From Takakia lepidozioides (taxonomy: Eukaryota > Plantae > Bryophyta), in NCBI GenBank assembly GCA_030704615.1, contig CM060733.1, positions 50,220,001-50,284,000 of the forward strand: a stretch of DNA of 64,000 nt. Reading direction: 5' to 3'. Position numbers and translations under genes: made by a program. The notes below the pieces were generated by a model. That model did no database searches. It was not told the origin of the DNA and worked only from the letters and a program-made list of their open reading frames with translations. Each line of letters starts with the position of its first letter. Position 1 is the stretch's first letter. This document shows, one piece after another, positions 24,468 through 37,964 of the stretch.

Positions 24468-27274
24468 CCCAATTTGGGCATGCCTGAGGGCACACACTCT
24501 ATGGACACTGTGGAAGGCTAGATGCAGCCAGGTCTTTGAAGGAAGACATCCAAGCATCAGATTCATTCTGTTTAAGCTGTATTCTGAGTTGTTGACTGAG
24601 AGGAAAAGACATGGGTGTCACTGGTTGCTACAACAGGCAGATGCAATGAAAGGAGGAGTCGTCAATTTCTCACGGATTTCGACATCACCTAAGGCAAAGA
24701 TGACAGCCTATGCACCAGGCTCGATGATTCGAGAGTCCAGTGGCACGATGATATCCCCCGGGCCTGGCAAATCGCCGGTTGAATCGGATGGTCTTGATGT
24801 CAATTGGAAACATCTCAATCTACGGGCTGCGAAGTCCAAGGCCCACCTGGAATTTGGGGTGTGAGCAATCGTTGCTCTGATGTTGCAAGATTTTAGGTGC
24901 CAAACTCTATATATGATGCAACACTAAGACCACTTCTTGTCTTCACTTCTGCATCACTGATATTCCCTGATCTTTGTTAGACAGCCTAGACTTTCACTAT
25001 CCCCCCCCTCTCATAGTGCAGGGTGCTTCCCCTTGTGATACGCCGATATGGCCCCATCAGAGGTTATTTTTTCCTCCTCTCTGTATTGTTTTGCACCTTC
25101 AATAAATTATCAGGGCCTCTACCCCCTGTTGCAAATAAATAAATAAATTTAAAAAAATCCCTATTAAAATTAGAACAAGGAAAAAATAAACCCTCTGAGT
25201 GCCGCCATATATATAACAACAATATATTATGTGACATCGTTCATATAAATGTTGTACTATAAACATAATATAACATAACTAAGAAGTGGATTAATAATTT
25301 ATATATTCTCATAGTAATCTAAAAGAAGTGAGAAATAAATATAAAATATATCTATAATATAAAATGTTGGGTAATTATTAATTTTTATTAGGTAATTATT
25401 TACTAAAACAAAAACAAAAAAAATGTTTTGCCACATTTTTAATTTTTATTCTTTTGCCACATTGTCTTACACTAACTGAGTATTCAAGGTATTGACATTA
25501 TTTGTGAGTTATCTCAAATAATAATAATAACGTATACTAGGTTGAGTCAGCTTTGGCACAGGAGCAACCACTAGGTTGAGCAAGTCGGTTGCAACTAAAG
25601 CAAATTGATTATGTGCTGTAGGGAGCAGAATTTAAGCCTGGCTTCAATAACCTTCTTGCCCTTCCTTTTTTTATTTCTTTTTTTTAAGGGCCCAATTTAT
25701 CAAATTAAAGGGCATGGGGCCCTTCTCATTAATGACGATATTGGCCTGTCATCAAACTCGATGGATTTTATTTTGTTGAAACAATTTCATAGATATGTCA
25801 TATCTGTTTTTGTCAGCAACATACCATCCTGGAAAGCTATCAAACATGAAATTGTAATGACAGATGATTAGGAATGCCAAAACTTAGTTATATCTAGTAA
25901 CACCCATGTAGCATTTATCACCTCGGCCCTTCAAACTCCAAACCTGATAGGGAGGGTGTAGCATATGGGTAAAGTGACATGCTTGCACCATAACTAGTCT
26001 ATCCCAGGTTGAGAGTTGAGAGGTAAGTATACAATTGTTTTTACGATTCGGATTCGGACGCCAATTCCCTAAGCTTATAATTATCCACCAACATTTTTAT
26101 TTTATTTTAATAGTGAAGGGGGATGGGATCCACCAACATTAATGATCAACAACCCAAATCAAAATTTCAGATATATCATTGCATGAACTTTTCTTTTTTC
26201 TTTATTTTTGCATGAACTGAATGTGCCCACTTACTATAAGAAAAAATGACATACAATTGCCTTGTTTACATATCCATTCCACACACAGTAATTGAGGTCG
26301 AGGAGATGACATAAGGACTGGTCTCTCTAAAATCATGAAAAAAAAAAAAAAAATATGGGTACCAAATTGCAAGTCAGGTACATAAATGTATAGTAGTGTT
26401 GTACAGTCACATAGAGGTGAATATACATTTTACTTTTATTACTTCTGCGAAAATTCAGATGTACCCCCGAAAACCGAGTTTGTGTTCTATTACACAGATC
26501 AGAGCAAATTGTTGTGCCTCTCTCTCACAGTGGGTATGTACACTCTGTGATGGATACAATTCAGTGTTCCATACACATCAAACAAACAAACAAACAACAC
26601 CTGTGTTCGATCAAAATTCAAATACACCAGGTCAATTTATTGAACCGCATGGGCGGCTCACCTGCATACACAGAGTCATGCTCACTATCACCACTTTGTC
26701 AAAATAGTCTTTATATTAGTGTCCTAGTATCCTACATAATCATTATCCAGTCTTCAACCAAAAACACCTCCAAAACCGGGATCAATTATATTACAGTTTA
26801 TAGGGTTGCAATGAAACTTGGAGAAGAGTTGAGGCTTATATCGGTTGCAATGAAAGAGTCTTCTCATAACTTTGGGCGTTCAATGGCTCAACCTGGAGTA
26901 GGTTGTGAGGTCTACGCGGTTAGTGAGAGCGAAGCTCTGGCCACGCGGTTAGTTAAATTTAAAGCAACAATTTGGAAAAACAAACAATTCATTTGTGATC
27001 GGTAAGTCACTAGGGTAGGATCTTCAGTGGTGATGAATAGATGGTCTGGTAGGTTTATCTTCATACTCAGAAGTTCAATAACGTGTTCTTGGATTGACTT
27101 GAGAAAAGTTTGCTGGATTTTTTGATGGATTATTGTGCTAGAATCTGTAGTGATGAGGATAAGGTGAATTGATGTGAGGAATGCCCCGTCCATATGTATA
27201 TTTGGGCCTCCTCTCATTAATTAACAATCCTTCCTAAACCAGACTTGAAAAGATAATTTGGTTTGCATTATCAT

Positions 27275-27580
27275 CAGCGTTTTTTTTTTTGGCGAATTTT
27301 CGCCAAATGGCGACCTCAAAAAATAGAAAAGAATATTCCGTAGCAAATTCCATGTTTTTTCATGGATGAAATCGCCAGATTTCTCCAAAAAAAGAAAAAA
27401 AAGGATAAATTCGCCGGATATGGATGATATTAATGGATGAAATTATGGATGTGGATGATTCTGTCCTAATTTGAATGGATGAACAGGTTTAGGGTTTAGG
27501 GTTTAGGGTTTAGGCCTAATCTCTGCAAAACTCTGTAGCCACTCGTGTTATTTTTCAAAAACATTTAAAAAAAAACTCTG
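27275..27580. mobile_element. hAT MITE (CAGYGTTTTT family) carrying (TTTAGGG)4
   Basis: TIR CAGCGTTTTT / AAAAACTCTG. Perfect 8-bp TSD ATTATCAT at 27267-27274 and 27581-27588. Internal sequence is similar in inverted orientation to the 41469 copy. Confidence 0.88.
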
Positions 27581-28989
27581 ATTATCATGCCAATAATATA
27601 TGTACCAGTTGATAATTTATACATGTTAATGGGCGATATTGGTTACCACTTGGTCACTATCTATCAGTTTCGAAGAAAGAAAAGAAAGTCACAGTTTTAT
27701 TTTTATTTTTTCTCAAACTAGAATTGAACATGCCGTTTAAAAAGACTAAAATCCATTACACGAAAGAATATTTGGGCCTCATCTCTTTAATTAACAGATG
27801 CATAATGAAAGGAAGGATGGGGCTCTACAAATCCCGTTGTCTATGTGAGCTTGGAACTTAGTTGTTTTTGCCTCTGTCGATGGTCTACATGGGATCCTCA
27901 AGCTTCCCCCTCACTTGGATGACATCTTGCCTCCACCTTCCCTCCTCGTCTCTCTACCCCTTGATGGCTAGATGGTTCCCTAATCATTTCTTCCCCATTT
28001 GTTCTTTATGACACTTCAATTTCTTCTCACATCTTTACACACTTGTAGACCTATGCGCTTGACCCTAGGCAGGGCACATATGCACACCTACAATGCTGCA
28101 TTAATACTTCTTTTCCCCTCACCTATCTCTCAAGAAGATATGGGCTGTTTACGCCGTTTTTTCAATCTTAAAGATTCGTCATTTTGGATGAAAGCAAGTT
28201 ACGGCGACTACATTTTTCTGTCATAGCACGTTTTTTACATGACATAGTTTGATTTTATTGTATCTTCGAGACAAATTTTTATTACACTGATGAAATGGGA
28301 CTCACTCTTATGCTTCCAACTACTACAAGCTCTAATCTATAAATTCTCATTGCGATTGAAGTTGATTTGTTGAAGTATTGGACTTTAGAAAAATCATATA
28401 CAACAGTGTCATAGTCCATAAGAAAATGTGTTATGGACTTTTTGCACTTACTATAGAAAACATATGTGATAGCTAGGACTCATATTAGTATTGCTCTTCT
28501 CTTGAAGATACTAAAGTCATATTGAAAACATTAAAAAAAAAACTTATTTTTATATATTATTATGAGCCTCGAAAAACTGGTTTTTTTATAAAGTACATGA
28601 ATGCATGGAAACAAAGTAAAATAATGGACTTGCTTCACTAAGAGATACATTTCATGTAGATGAACGATAGCCTAAGGGTCACTATGCTATATAATGAAAA
28701 TATAAAATATATAAAATACAATAAAATAATAGAAATAATATTTGCTACTAGGAAAAATAGGAGTAATGTCATAATATCTATTACTGTCAACTTTAGACGG
28801 TTCAGATCTTCCATTATGGATGAATCTAGCAGCTATATCTATCCATAATTATTAAATTAAAATTATGAAAACCCTTGGGACTTCTTGGGAGGCGAGCCTA
28901 TAGACTTTTTTTGAGATCCCGTAGCTTGCTTTCACCCTTCTGTCAGCGACGGCTATTGGCGGCCATGGCTTTAACTGCTCTGTTCCTTG

Positions 28990-31000
28990 ACCTATGGCTC
29001 CTCCATCCGGAAGTGTAAGCTTTCCCCCCTTCCTCCTTGGTACTTCTCTCTCTTCTATTCTACTCTTCCCTTCTCTCTTTGGTTTTCACTGCTACTTTTT
29101 CATCTTCTCTATGGCTTCTCATGGTGAACCTTCCCGCCACAACCGTTCGGGTGTTCCCACCAAATCCCGGAATTGGTCAAATTGTTCTTGTGCACAGTTA
29201 ATGGACACCTCCTCTATTTTGGGCTGCCCCCTCTGCTCCCATACCTTTTTCTTCCTACACTGGTATTTCCTCTTGAAAGAAACTGTTGCGCCAGTTTCTG
29301 AATCCGAAATTCTTGCACTTGACATGGAACTTGTCAAATCTCAATCAATGGTGGCAGAGCATGGGATTATTAATCTTCATTTCCCTGGCAGGATAAAAAA
29401 CAATGATTGGGCTCGTTGTTGGATCATTGAGCGTCATCTAGGTGCTGATGGTGGGCTCAAGCATCATTTTTGTCATGACTGGGCATGGGATTTTTCTCTG
29501 TTTCCTTTATTTTGCAAGAGGATCGGCCAAGGCCTTGTAGTCAAATGATCGCTCTAAGTCTCGGGGAAGTCACTTCCAAAAATTTCCAACCGACGTGCAA
29601 AAAAATATAAGGTGCAATTTATTCAGAAAAGATAAAAATTAGAAAAAATTTAAAAGTAATAAAAGGTACATTATATTGTGATCAGGGAATTTAAATTAAT
29701 ATAGGGTCTAAAATAATGACTTACTTTAATTTTTTCTTTAAATTACTATAGGGTTGAGATAATACCTAATGAAAAATTCCAAAAATATATACATATTCTT
29801 AGGGGAAGGATATAGATATTTGTATGTAGCTTACTAATACCTGGCAGCCGCATCATCGTGAGATCAAACCTCTTTTATGTTCGTTTCATTTTTTTTTTTC
29901 CGCCTCATGCACTAAGTTCACTCCCCCCGCTGCGCACAATGAGAAGGAAGGCATGAAGCAGGTGGGGGATATCGCAATAGCTTATTGATCTCCTAAATAG
30001 ACCAACCACACCAGTTATGGTGTTATTAAACTACTTCTCAAAATCTAGAGGACTATTCAAATTCAAATATGATCATACCGACAACAAGTGGATAGATGTA
30101 GACTCAATTATTAGTTCAGTCACTATGACTTTCGATAGAGCGCATAATATTTGTACTTTGAATGCTCATGATGCGAATGCTTTAAATGAATTTATTTCAA
30201 CCAAATAATAATTTTACTTATCTTGTAAGATTTTTTTATTGTATTATTAATATATGGTGTCTAAAATTCGTTTGAAACAAAAAATTATAATTAAAATAGC
30301 ATGCCAAAAATTCACCATATTACAAAATTATGTAATTATAGGGTACTAAAAAATACCCAAAGTAAAAATAATACCCCTTACAAAATACCCATTTATCTCA
30401 CGTGCCCTGTACAAGTGATAGGGAGTGACTTCCCCGGGCTCTAAGTCACATTGCAAAGGTTAGCAACTTATTTGGTCCACCCATTGGGGCCAAAGAGAGG
30501 TCCATCACTAGCAAGCCTCGGATGCTAGCACTCCATTGAGATAGGTGTTTACTTCGGGTCCTACATTAGATACATCAACATTTTTGAATCTGACAACAAT
30601 TGTATACTCAGTGTCGACTCGATGGCTGACCAAGACAATCACATTCGTGACATGTGTCCCTAAATTGTGCTCTTAATGCCTGAAGATGCAAAAATTGATG
30701 AATCCATCAAGTTTCCCATTCTGGATGGCTCTTACATTGTGGTCTCGGTGCAAGAAGAGGTTTTTGATTGTCATTTGTTTCATGTGCAATGGGGGAGGGG
30801 CATGTCAAAGCAGATTGCCCGAAAGCTAAGCCAAGCGAAGCTAAGCGTGCAAGAGAGGACTCCAGGCTTGACGATTCCGCTTCCCGCTCAGCTCCAAGAC
30901 CTCCCTTGTTGCTCTCTCCTGTCACCGCTCCACTGCCCCCATTGACTATGGGAGCTGCTTCTTCCCCTCTAATTTCTTCTAATATCAAACTTGCCTCTCA
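28990..31000 (+). pseudogene. Degenerate LINE ORF1-like remnant (DUF4283-like region and CCHC knuckle), interrupted by a TIR element
   Basis: Frameshifted ORFs 28994-29548 and 30667-31000. Knuckle-like C..(F)SC.MGEGHVKADCP at ~30770-30820 followed by Pro/Ser-rich sequence. Confidence 0.55.
29560..30438. mobile_element. Non-autonomous TIR DNA transposon (879 bp) of uncertain superfamily
   Basis: 18-bp TIR CYCGGGGAAGTCACTYCC. Perfect 8-bp TSD CTCTAAGT at 29552-29559 and 30439-30446. Internal 63-aa ORF fragment at 30017-30208. Confidence 0.88.
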
Positions 31001-33660
31001 AGCGGTCATCCTGCCATCTCATCTCCACACCCCCCCCCCCAACCGAAAAAGTTCGAAGCTAATTTCTTCTCAGCCCGACGCCAACAGAGACGACTGCCTC
31101 CATATCGAACCGCCATTGGTTTCTCAAGTCAGTAAGGACATCCCTCACCTAATGTTGCTCCCTTGCTCCCCACGCTCAAGTTCTTCTCCTATTTCCCATG
31201 CCTCATTTCTTTTCTTCTCTGATGCTAATAACCCCTCTGAAGGGTTTCCCTTTTTCTCACACAACTGCCTCTCTCTCTGTTCCTTCACCAATATCCCTTG
31301 CCCCATTTGGTACCCGGACTCTGGAGAGAGACTTGATAGGGCCTCCGTAGTCGTCACCCTTTTGATCTATGCAGTTCATGACGATGTTTCAAAACTCTTG
31401 CTTACCTCTGATTCTAACATGTTTATGAGCTCTTGGATGAGAGAACATGAAGTTGGCTCAACCCCCGTGAGGCCCGAAACGACGGTTTTGCTTGTAAAAG
31501 TTGCATATTTGAGCCGATGGTGACGTCTTTTGGTACACAGAAAAACCCCCCTTGTCAACTACTTGAATGCAAAAGTGATTTGTCAGCAAATATATTAGGG
31601 TTTGAGTGGTAGGGGGTTGGTGGCTACCTGCTCCCGCTTTTCTCTTTTCCTTTCCACGTTTTCTCTCCCATTCTCTCTCTCATGCATGCCTTGCTTTGCT
31701 TTGACCAACCACCCCGGGCTCTAGTCTTGGTCAAATGGCCTAATTTTTTCATATACAGCTCCAACACCTCGCCTAGATGAAAAACTGGGTCCACCAACCT
31801 CAGCCAATTCCAATCCGTCATCCAAATCTTATAAAAACCAAATTTTTGGGGCAGACATTAACACCGGGAAAAAATTGGGCCCCACCCGCAAGGGTGACAT
31901 TTTTGCAGATGTGGTCCAATTGGCCCAAATTTTGGCACGCAGGTGCAGGGGTAAGTGGCCACGGTTGTCCGGTCAAATTTTGAAAAATGAAGACATTCAT
32001 CTAATTTTGCAGCAGGGGTCAGTTTTATGATGGAAAGTCAAACTACCTTGCAGGCGTTTAAGGTTAATTAGTTTCTACCTTTGATTCAAATCCAAATGTT
32101 GTAAATATTGATACCAAGTGGCAATTGGCTTTGTCACGTCCTCTGTGTGCAAGTAACATAAATATATATGCAATCTACTACATCTTTGGTCATTGATCAT
32201 CTCAAAGGGATATCATTATACTAACATGTAGTACCGAAGTTCAATAGGCAAATATCAAAGTAGGCAAAGAAAGATCCCCATCATATTATTAATCCTTTCT
32301 AGCATTGGACAGATTGTTTTGTTTAAACAATAAAGTCTGTAAGCCATTGTATTTCACTATATCATTTTTTGGCTCTACATTTGTCATTTTCTCAATTGTC
32401 AATGCACCTTCATAGTGTCTAATAGTACCATATGGAGAATCCATGGCCCCACATGTGCCTTTGTAAGGCTTGCATTTCAGTTTGATCAAAAGACCTCCGT
32501 CCCCTTTATTTAAACAAAAGAACAAATAGAATCTAAATTTGGTACATTGAAACAAGACACAAGGATGCAACCTTGAGATAGTGATTCAATGAAAAAAATT
32601 CAAAAAAACATTAATCATCTTATACTTTAGGTCTAATTAATAATAGTAGTGTTCCATTCTCTAACGATGCACAGTCCTGCATTTATGAGAGGGCATGAGC
32701 GACAAATCATGAATTTCATCGAAATTATTGTAAGTCTATGCTCCAATGGCAAAGAGCTTCAAATTTTTGTCTAAGCATTTTGTGGCACTAATTATACTAT
32801 TGAGAATGTTGGCTATTTAGATCTCATCAGTTGTTCTTTTATCAACCCCAAATCCATAATCTGAGCAATAAACCAATTATAACAGCAACTTAACTCTTGA
32901 ACAAAATCTGGAAAATATTTCCACTTTTTTATTTACCACAAATAATTGATTCCTCATTATTTCAAATATGGTGCTAAAAAGTATCCGTAGATATTATCAT
33001 TTATCCAACCACCAACCATCTTGGCTATATAAAGTATTCGTCTTCTATCTTTTAGATTAGAGCAAAAAATATAGTCCATATCCTTGTCCATACCTTGGGA
33101 TTGTAGCTTATGTTTTGCCGCCGAATAACCATATTCCACAGATGCCCAGCCTATTACCTAGCCTACATGAGAGGATACTGTTGTAAATCAGATCCTCAAT
33201 CATGAATTTTTGTAAAGCAGTTGGAGGAGAAACACTCTTGTCAACACTTCGAGCATAATTCATGCTTACCGCATAATTCATGGTGTCACTTCAACCGGAA
33301 GGATTACTGCATTCCATTTGGAAGGTGGACACCGTTTTAGCGGTCATAACCAGGCCAACATGGTTTGCCAACCCTCCCCCAATGACTCGACTGTGCCGTG
33401 TGCCCACATGGAGTAATCAGTTGGGCACAATGGGTGGCAGCAAATAGCACAAGGTAGCCTTGGCCCTAAGCATTGGGCCATAGTAGTTGGAAGATTAATG
33501 CAACGTGCTTCATTGCCTTCCGCTAGGCCCAAGACGCACGCACATTGATGGGACATAACTATGACCTTTTTAGCCCAGGCCATCAAAAAAGTTGAATGGG
33601 TCCAAGCCTGCTGCTATGGAAAAAACATATATATAAGATATATATATATATATATATATA

Positions 33661-33880
33661 TATGACGCCAACCAAAGTTTGCATAAACAAGGGCCTCTAG
33701 CATATGTAAGGTTAATGGAAATTACGCATAGTTATATATATGACGCCAACCAAAGTTTGCATAAACAAGAGCCTCTAGCATATGTAAGGTTAACAGAAAT
33801 ACGCATGTGTATAATAATGGACACCAACTCAAGTTTGCATAAACAAGAGCCTCTAGCCTATGTAATGTCAATGGAAATAC
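33661..33880. repeat. Tandem repeat, ~78-bp unit x ~3, preceded by (TA)n
   Basis: TATGACGCCAACCAAAGTTTGCATAAACAAGRGCCTCTAGCATATGTAAGG recurs at ~33661, ~33739 and ~33817. Confidence 0.85.
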
Positions 33881-34851
33881 AGTGCAACAATGCAAAAGCC
33901 AATGTAATGTTTGTGGTGGAATGTGGCAATAATCTTCATTGAGATCACAGTAGTGTAAGGGGAATATGCAGAATTATCAAGCAGACCTACCTCACAAGAC
34001 TGGACAAGACTGTCTGTTACTATTAGGACTGATTGTGAGAGTCAAAACAAATTGAGCCCCCCGGCACACATGACACAATACAAAGTCAGAGGATCAAACT
34101 CGTCTTCTGGAATCGATCCTCAGCAAAGTCCTTAGAGATGCATTTTGAACAGTTGTAAAACCCCCACTGTCCTATATTTGAACACAGACGGATGATGGTG
34201 TACCATGCAGACGCCGAATAACAATGCAAGGACACAATTTGTAGCATGGCAATAAGTATCGGAGAACATTGGAATACAAGATACCTTCAAATCTTTTTGC
34301 TATCTAATATCAAAGCTTATCATGGGCCCTAATACACAAAACCACTCTGGGAGGAAGAGGAGACCTGAGACCACAATACTTATCACAATGAAGAAGACAA
34401 AGCAAAAGAGGAAAAAGGTAAACATCATTACTGTAGAAGGGTGTTTACCTCTAAACACTTGTCATATCATCCAGTGTTCTGCTTCAAACCTGAAGTCCAA
34501 ATTGCCCAGTATGACCATAAAACAAGAGGTAGAAAAAGCCTTCAAACTGCCCAAAGTGAACACAAAGCCTAGGTTCCAGTAATCACTACTTGCTGTTTAG
34601 ATGCTGTCCCTCTAATTTAACTACGACCACACTTGAGCTGATGCTCACAGCTGATCCCAATAACCAGAACAAATCAGTGATCACACTGCCAACAGATGTC
34701 CCACTAACAGAGCCCACCCCCAACAGGGACAGTACCCCAAGGGGAAGTGGCTCTTATTTACACTGGTATTGGCCAGAGTCTTCTCGCAATGCAAAGTAAC
34801 CGATCCTGGTTAGAGAGTGCCCAATTGCAGATTGAAGGATTTGACTTGTAT

Positions 34852-35648
34852 TCACAAACCCTTTTTGGCAGCTTTAGGCTCAATTTTAGCGTGTTCACCC
34901 TGCAAAAACATACACCATAAACTAGATTTGTATAAATCTTTCGCAATGTCAGAAATAAGAATACAGCATGCAAATAAACAACTGACCTCTTGATAACGTA
35001 GCAGTACACAATGCCAAGCTATTGGATTGGGTCCACACTGAATGTTTTTGTACATAGATTTCAAGGTACCCTCTCCTTTAATCTAAAGGGGCCAAAAAGG
35101 AACCTTCAGGAGTCAAGCTGTCCATATGTACACATCTCAGACCAGCAGCCACTTGTCCCTTCCTTTATGTCATGGACTCATTTTCATCTCTGTCTCACCT
35201 TTCCTCCCCTCTAGAGTCTCCCTCCTCCTCTGACAGTTCCAACTTACTTCTTTGTTCCCCTTTCCAACCCTCTCGCTTCCGCCCCCTTCTCCCTCTCTCT
35301 CTTCATCCCTCCCTCTACTGCCCCTTTTCTCCCCCCCTCCTTGCTTGCAACCTGTCTGTCCTCCTTTCCCCCAGAAGGAACCCGCCTCTCCACCTTGGTG
35401 CGATAAGTGGTCCCATCAGGCTCAATGGTCCACCCTGCTTCAGCTGCAAGTTTTCGGAGGACATCATTGATATCAGCACGTGGGGGCAGGCTGTAACCCC
35501 CGTGCTTGCGAAGGCCTGCAAAAATCTTGGTGGTTATGGCCCGCCGCTGTCTTTCCCTCAATTTGGTCTTCTCCTTCTCACTCGTACTGAGCTTAGCCAT
35601 ACTTGAGCTCTCTGATCCCTCCCCCCCTCTAGGTCCCCGATCCTGCAT
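34852..35648 (-). CDS. BZR1/BES1-family transcription factor, non-canonical (type-B-like), apparently short
   Basis: BES1_N domain [70 protein letters not shown] at 35648 or 35600. Donor AAG|GT after 35394; probable exon 2 from 34899 ([13 protein letters not shown]). 3' end uncertain. Confidence 0.88.
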
Positions 35649-37964
35649 CCATCACCCTCCTCATATTTCTTACCACAGCAGAATAGAATGAGAAGATGGT
35701 AAAACCATGCCGGCATGCATGCGGACCTTCTTTAGCAGAGTTAGGATGTACACAAACTTACTAACACAGGACTGACCAAAGTTGCATCCGGCTTACACAA
35801 GTGAACCATAGCCTTTACACCCCATCCGCAGGCCTTGGAAAATCAGTATATGTACGTATCTTTCTGGTACGAGGTATAGATGCATATAGGAAAAAGTTGA
35901 GGTGGTCAGCATGTACCTTCAGAATCCTGGACAAAAATCTAGTGATATCACAAAGCAAGCTAGTCCAAATTTGACCAAACTACGAACATGTACCCCATGA
36001 ACACCCTAAAATCTCCTTACAATGACGATCATCATTTCCAAAAACTTGCATTACTAAAGCTCTGATTGGCGCTCTAAACCCAATTTCAGATTAAAAAGAA
36101 GCTACATCCTGTATTTGTTAATTTCTTGGGCACTTGCACCACAGAGAATCTCCCAGAGAATATCTGAAGTCAAAAACATAACAGTGTAATGTGTCTTGAG
36201 TGAGATTTGCACAGAAAATTCTGTCACCAGCACAACAAAGTAATTGCTCACCTATAAGGCAAACTATAATATCAACCCTTCAATAATTTAATATTCCACA
36301 AATTGTATACTTGCGGAAATGGTTCTTTCCTTTTAGAGAGAGATAGATGTTATCCATTGGGACAAGTGAGCTTCACAATCTGTAAGGGCAAACTGAGAAT
36401 CTGCACCCTGCAAGTCCTGTTCTGCACTGGTAGGTACCCATAAGACCTGTTCAATCAACACCGGGATATCTAGTGCATGCTCAACACTCAATGAAAATTT
36501 CTCGCTTAAATGGGAACACCCACTCTGTTTTGGGCCCAATTTAACCTCTCAAGATGCCCAATGCTTGCCTGCCATCAACATTATGAAGAGCAACTGAAAA
36601 TTTTCATTCAAGGAAGAGGTTGGAGGCAGACAAGAGAAGAGCTTACCTCTGGCAGAGGCTGGTTGCTCTCCGCAATCTTGGTGTCAGACATGGAGCAGAT
36701 CTGATTGACCCGTAAATCCCCTACCCTGGTCGCTGTGAGTTCGGAGATGCTCTGAAGTGATGTAACCAGTCGACTAAAAATCGCATCAAAGGCAACTTGA
36801 TTCATCGTGTTGGCATCCCATCCTTGCCCTCCACTGTCAACTAGATCGATCAGGAAGGCAATAGGCACCGATTTCCAGGATTCACCGGTCCTAAACTGGG
36901 CAATTATCTCACGTATTTCGACCTTAGCCAGCAATTCACACTGTCACTAGTTCCGTTCATTTCACTTCCATGGATTGGCATCCGGGAATATCCGCTAATG
37001 CTCCTCACCTTCGTCTTCTTCGTCAAGTTCACGCTTCACCTGCTTCCATCATTTCATCACCGATTAATGGACTTCCAATATACTCCGCAGATATCTGCCC
37101 CAAGAAACTCGCTGCCGGATTGCCAAACATCACATAAACCATCGCTGATACCAGATCCTAACCAAATTTGCTATGCTACTCCTGCACCAAGAAACTCTTT
37201 ACCTGGATTGCCAAGCCATTTCATCCCTGCCACTTCAGATTCCCGACTTCACCCCAAGAAACAAAGGGACATCCAATGATCTGCATTACGACGTTTCTAA
37301 CCAAAATTGCGCCACCATTCCATCGTCCCAGCACCAAGAAACTCTCAACCGACTTGTCAAACCACTCCACGATCCCGATAACAAGGGGTACCGCAAGATT
37401 GCTCCCCGAGACCGCCACTCTACTCCACCATCCGCATCAGAATCTGACCCAATAATTCACAGAAATCGCGCAACACAAACTGCCGGATGGCATCGCCCAG
37501 CTGTGGAATCCATGTCTTCCTGTGGATCCAGTTCTGGGGGAGCGTGCCTCGGAATCGGGGGTCTATCTATCTAGTGCGCTCCACCTTCTGGTCACCCTGC
37601 TCCCTTCTACGGTTGTTTTGTGTGGCCCGCCTGAGTTCGACTCTCTCTACCGCCCACGCAAAAAATCCCAAACCCTGAACCTGCGAAAAAGACACTTTCG
37701 AGATGCCTGCTCGGATGCCCCCACCGGAGTTCGACTCTAGATCCACAACCCAACTCGGGAGATGAGCTCGACAGTGTAGATTTGATGTTGCAATAAAGCG
37801 ATCGAATGTCATCCACGCTGCGAGGAGCATGATCAGCGTGATTAAGGGTGACCTAATACCTAGCTGCACATATCGATTCTTTTACTGCACTAGCTCGGAT
37901 ATCCCCTGAATTCTCACAGTTTCACAACTCGTGCTGAGAAGTAGAGGCAATCCAGCGATGCCCA

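Larger units (their letters stand above)
21495..25157 (+). mobile_element. 3' remnant of an L1/Tx1-type LINE (post-RT region and zf-RVT), split by a 2-kb insertion
   Basis: WNSIWKDIW..KISVFF/WKLANRILP..CHACNRNLEESVEYVFIEC (zf-RVT). The frame ICNSCPIW|ACLRAHTLWTLWKARC resumes after 24478. Homologous to the LINE at 55-58 kb (MDGKKTPLFG vs MDSKKTPFFG). (AAAT)n/A-rich tail at ~25133-25157. Confidence 0.85.

Noticed and set aside
31455-32070. Possible DNA transposon fragment
   Set aside because: No matching TIR pair or TSD found.
32100-33600. PIF/Harbinger transposase remnant (CGAMDS resembles GAIDG)
   Set aside because: Too degenerate; no TIRs or further motifs could be confirmed by eye.
33661-33880. 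CRISPR-like array
   Set aside because: Eukaryotic context with contiguous tandem units and no unique spacers or cas genes.
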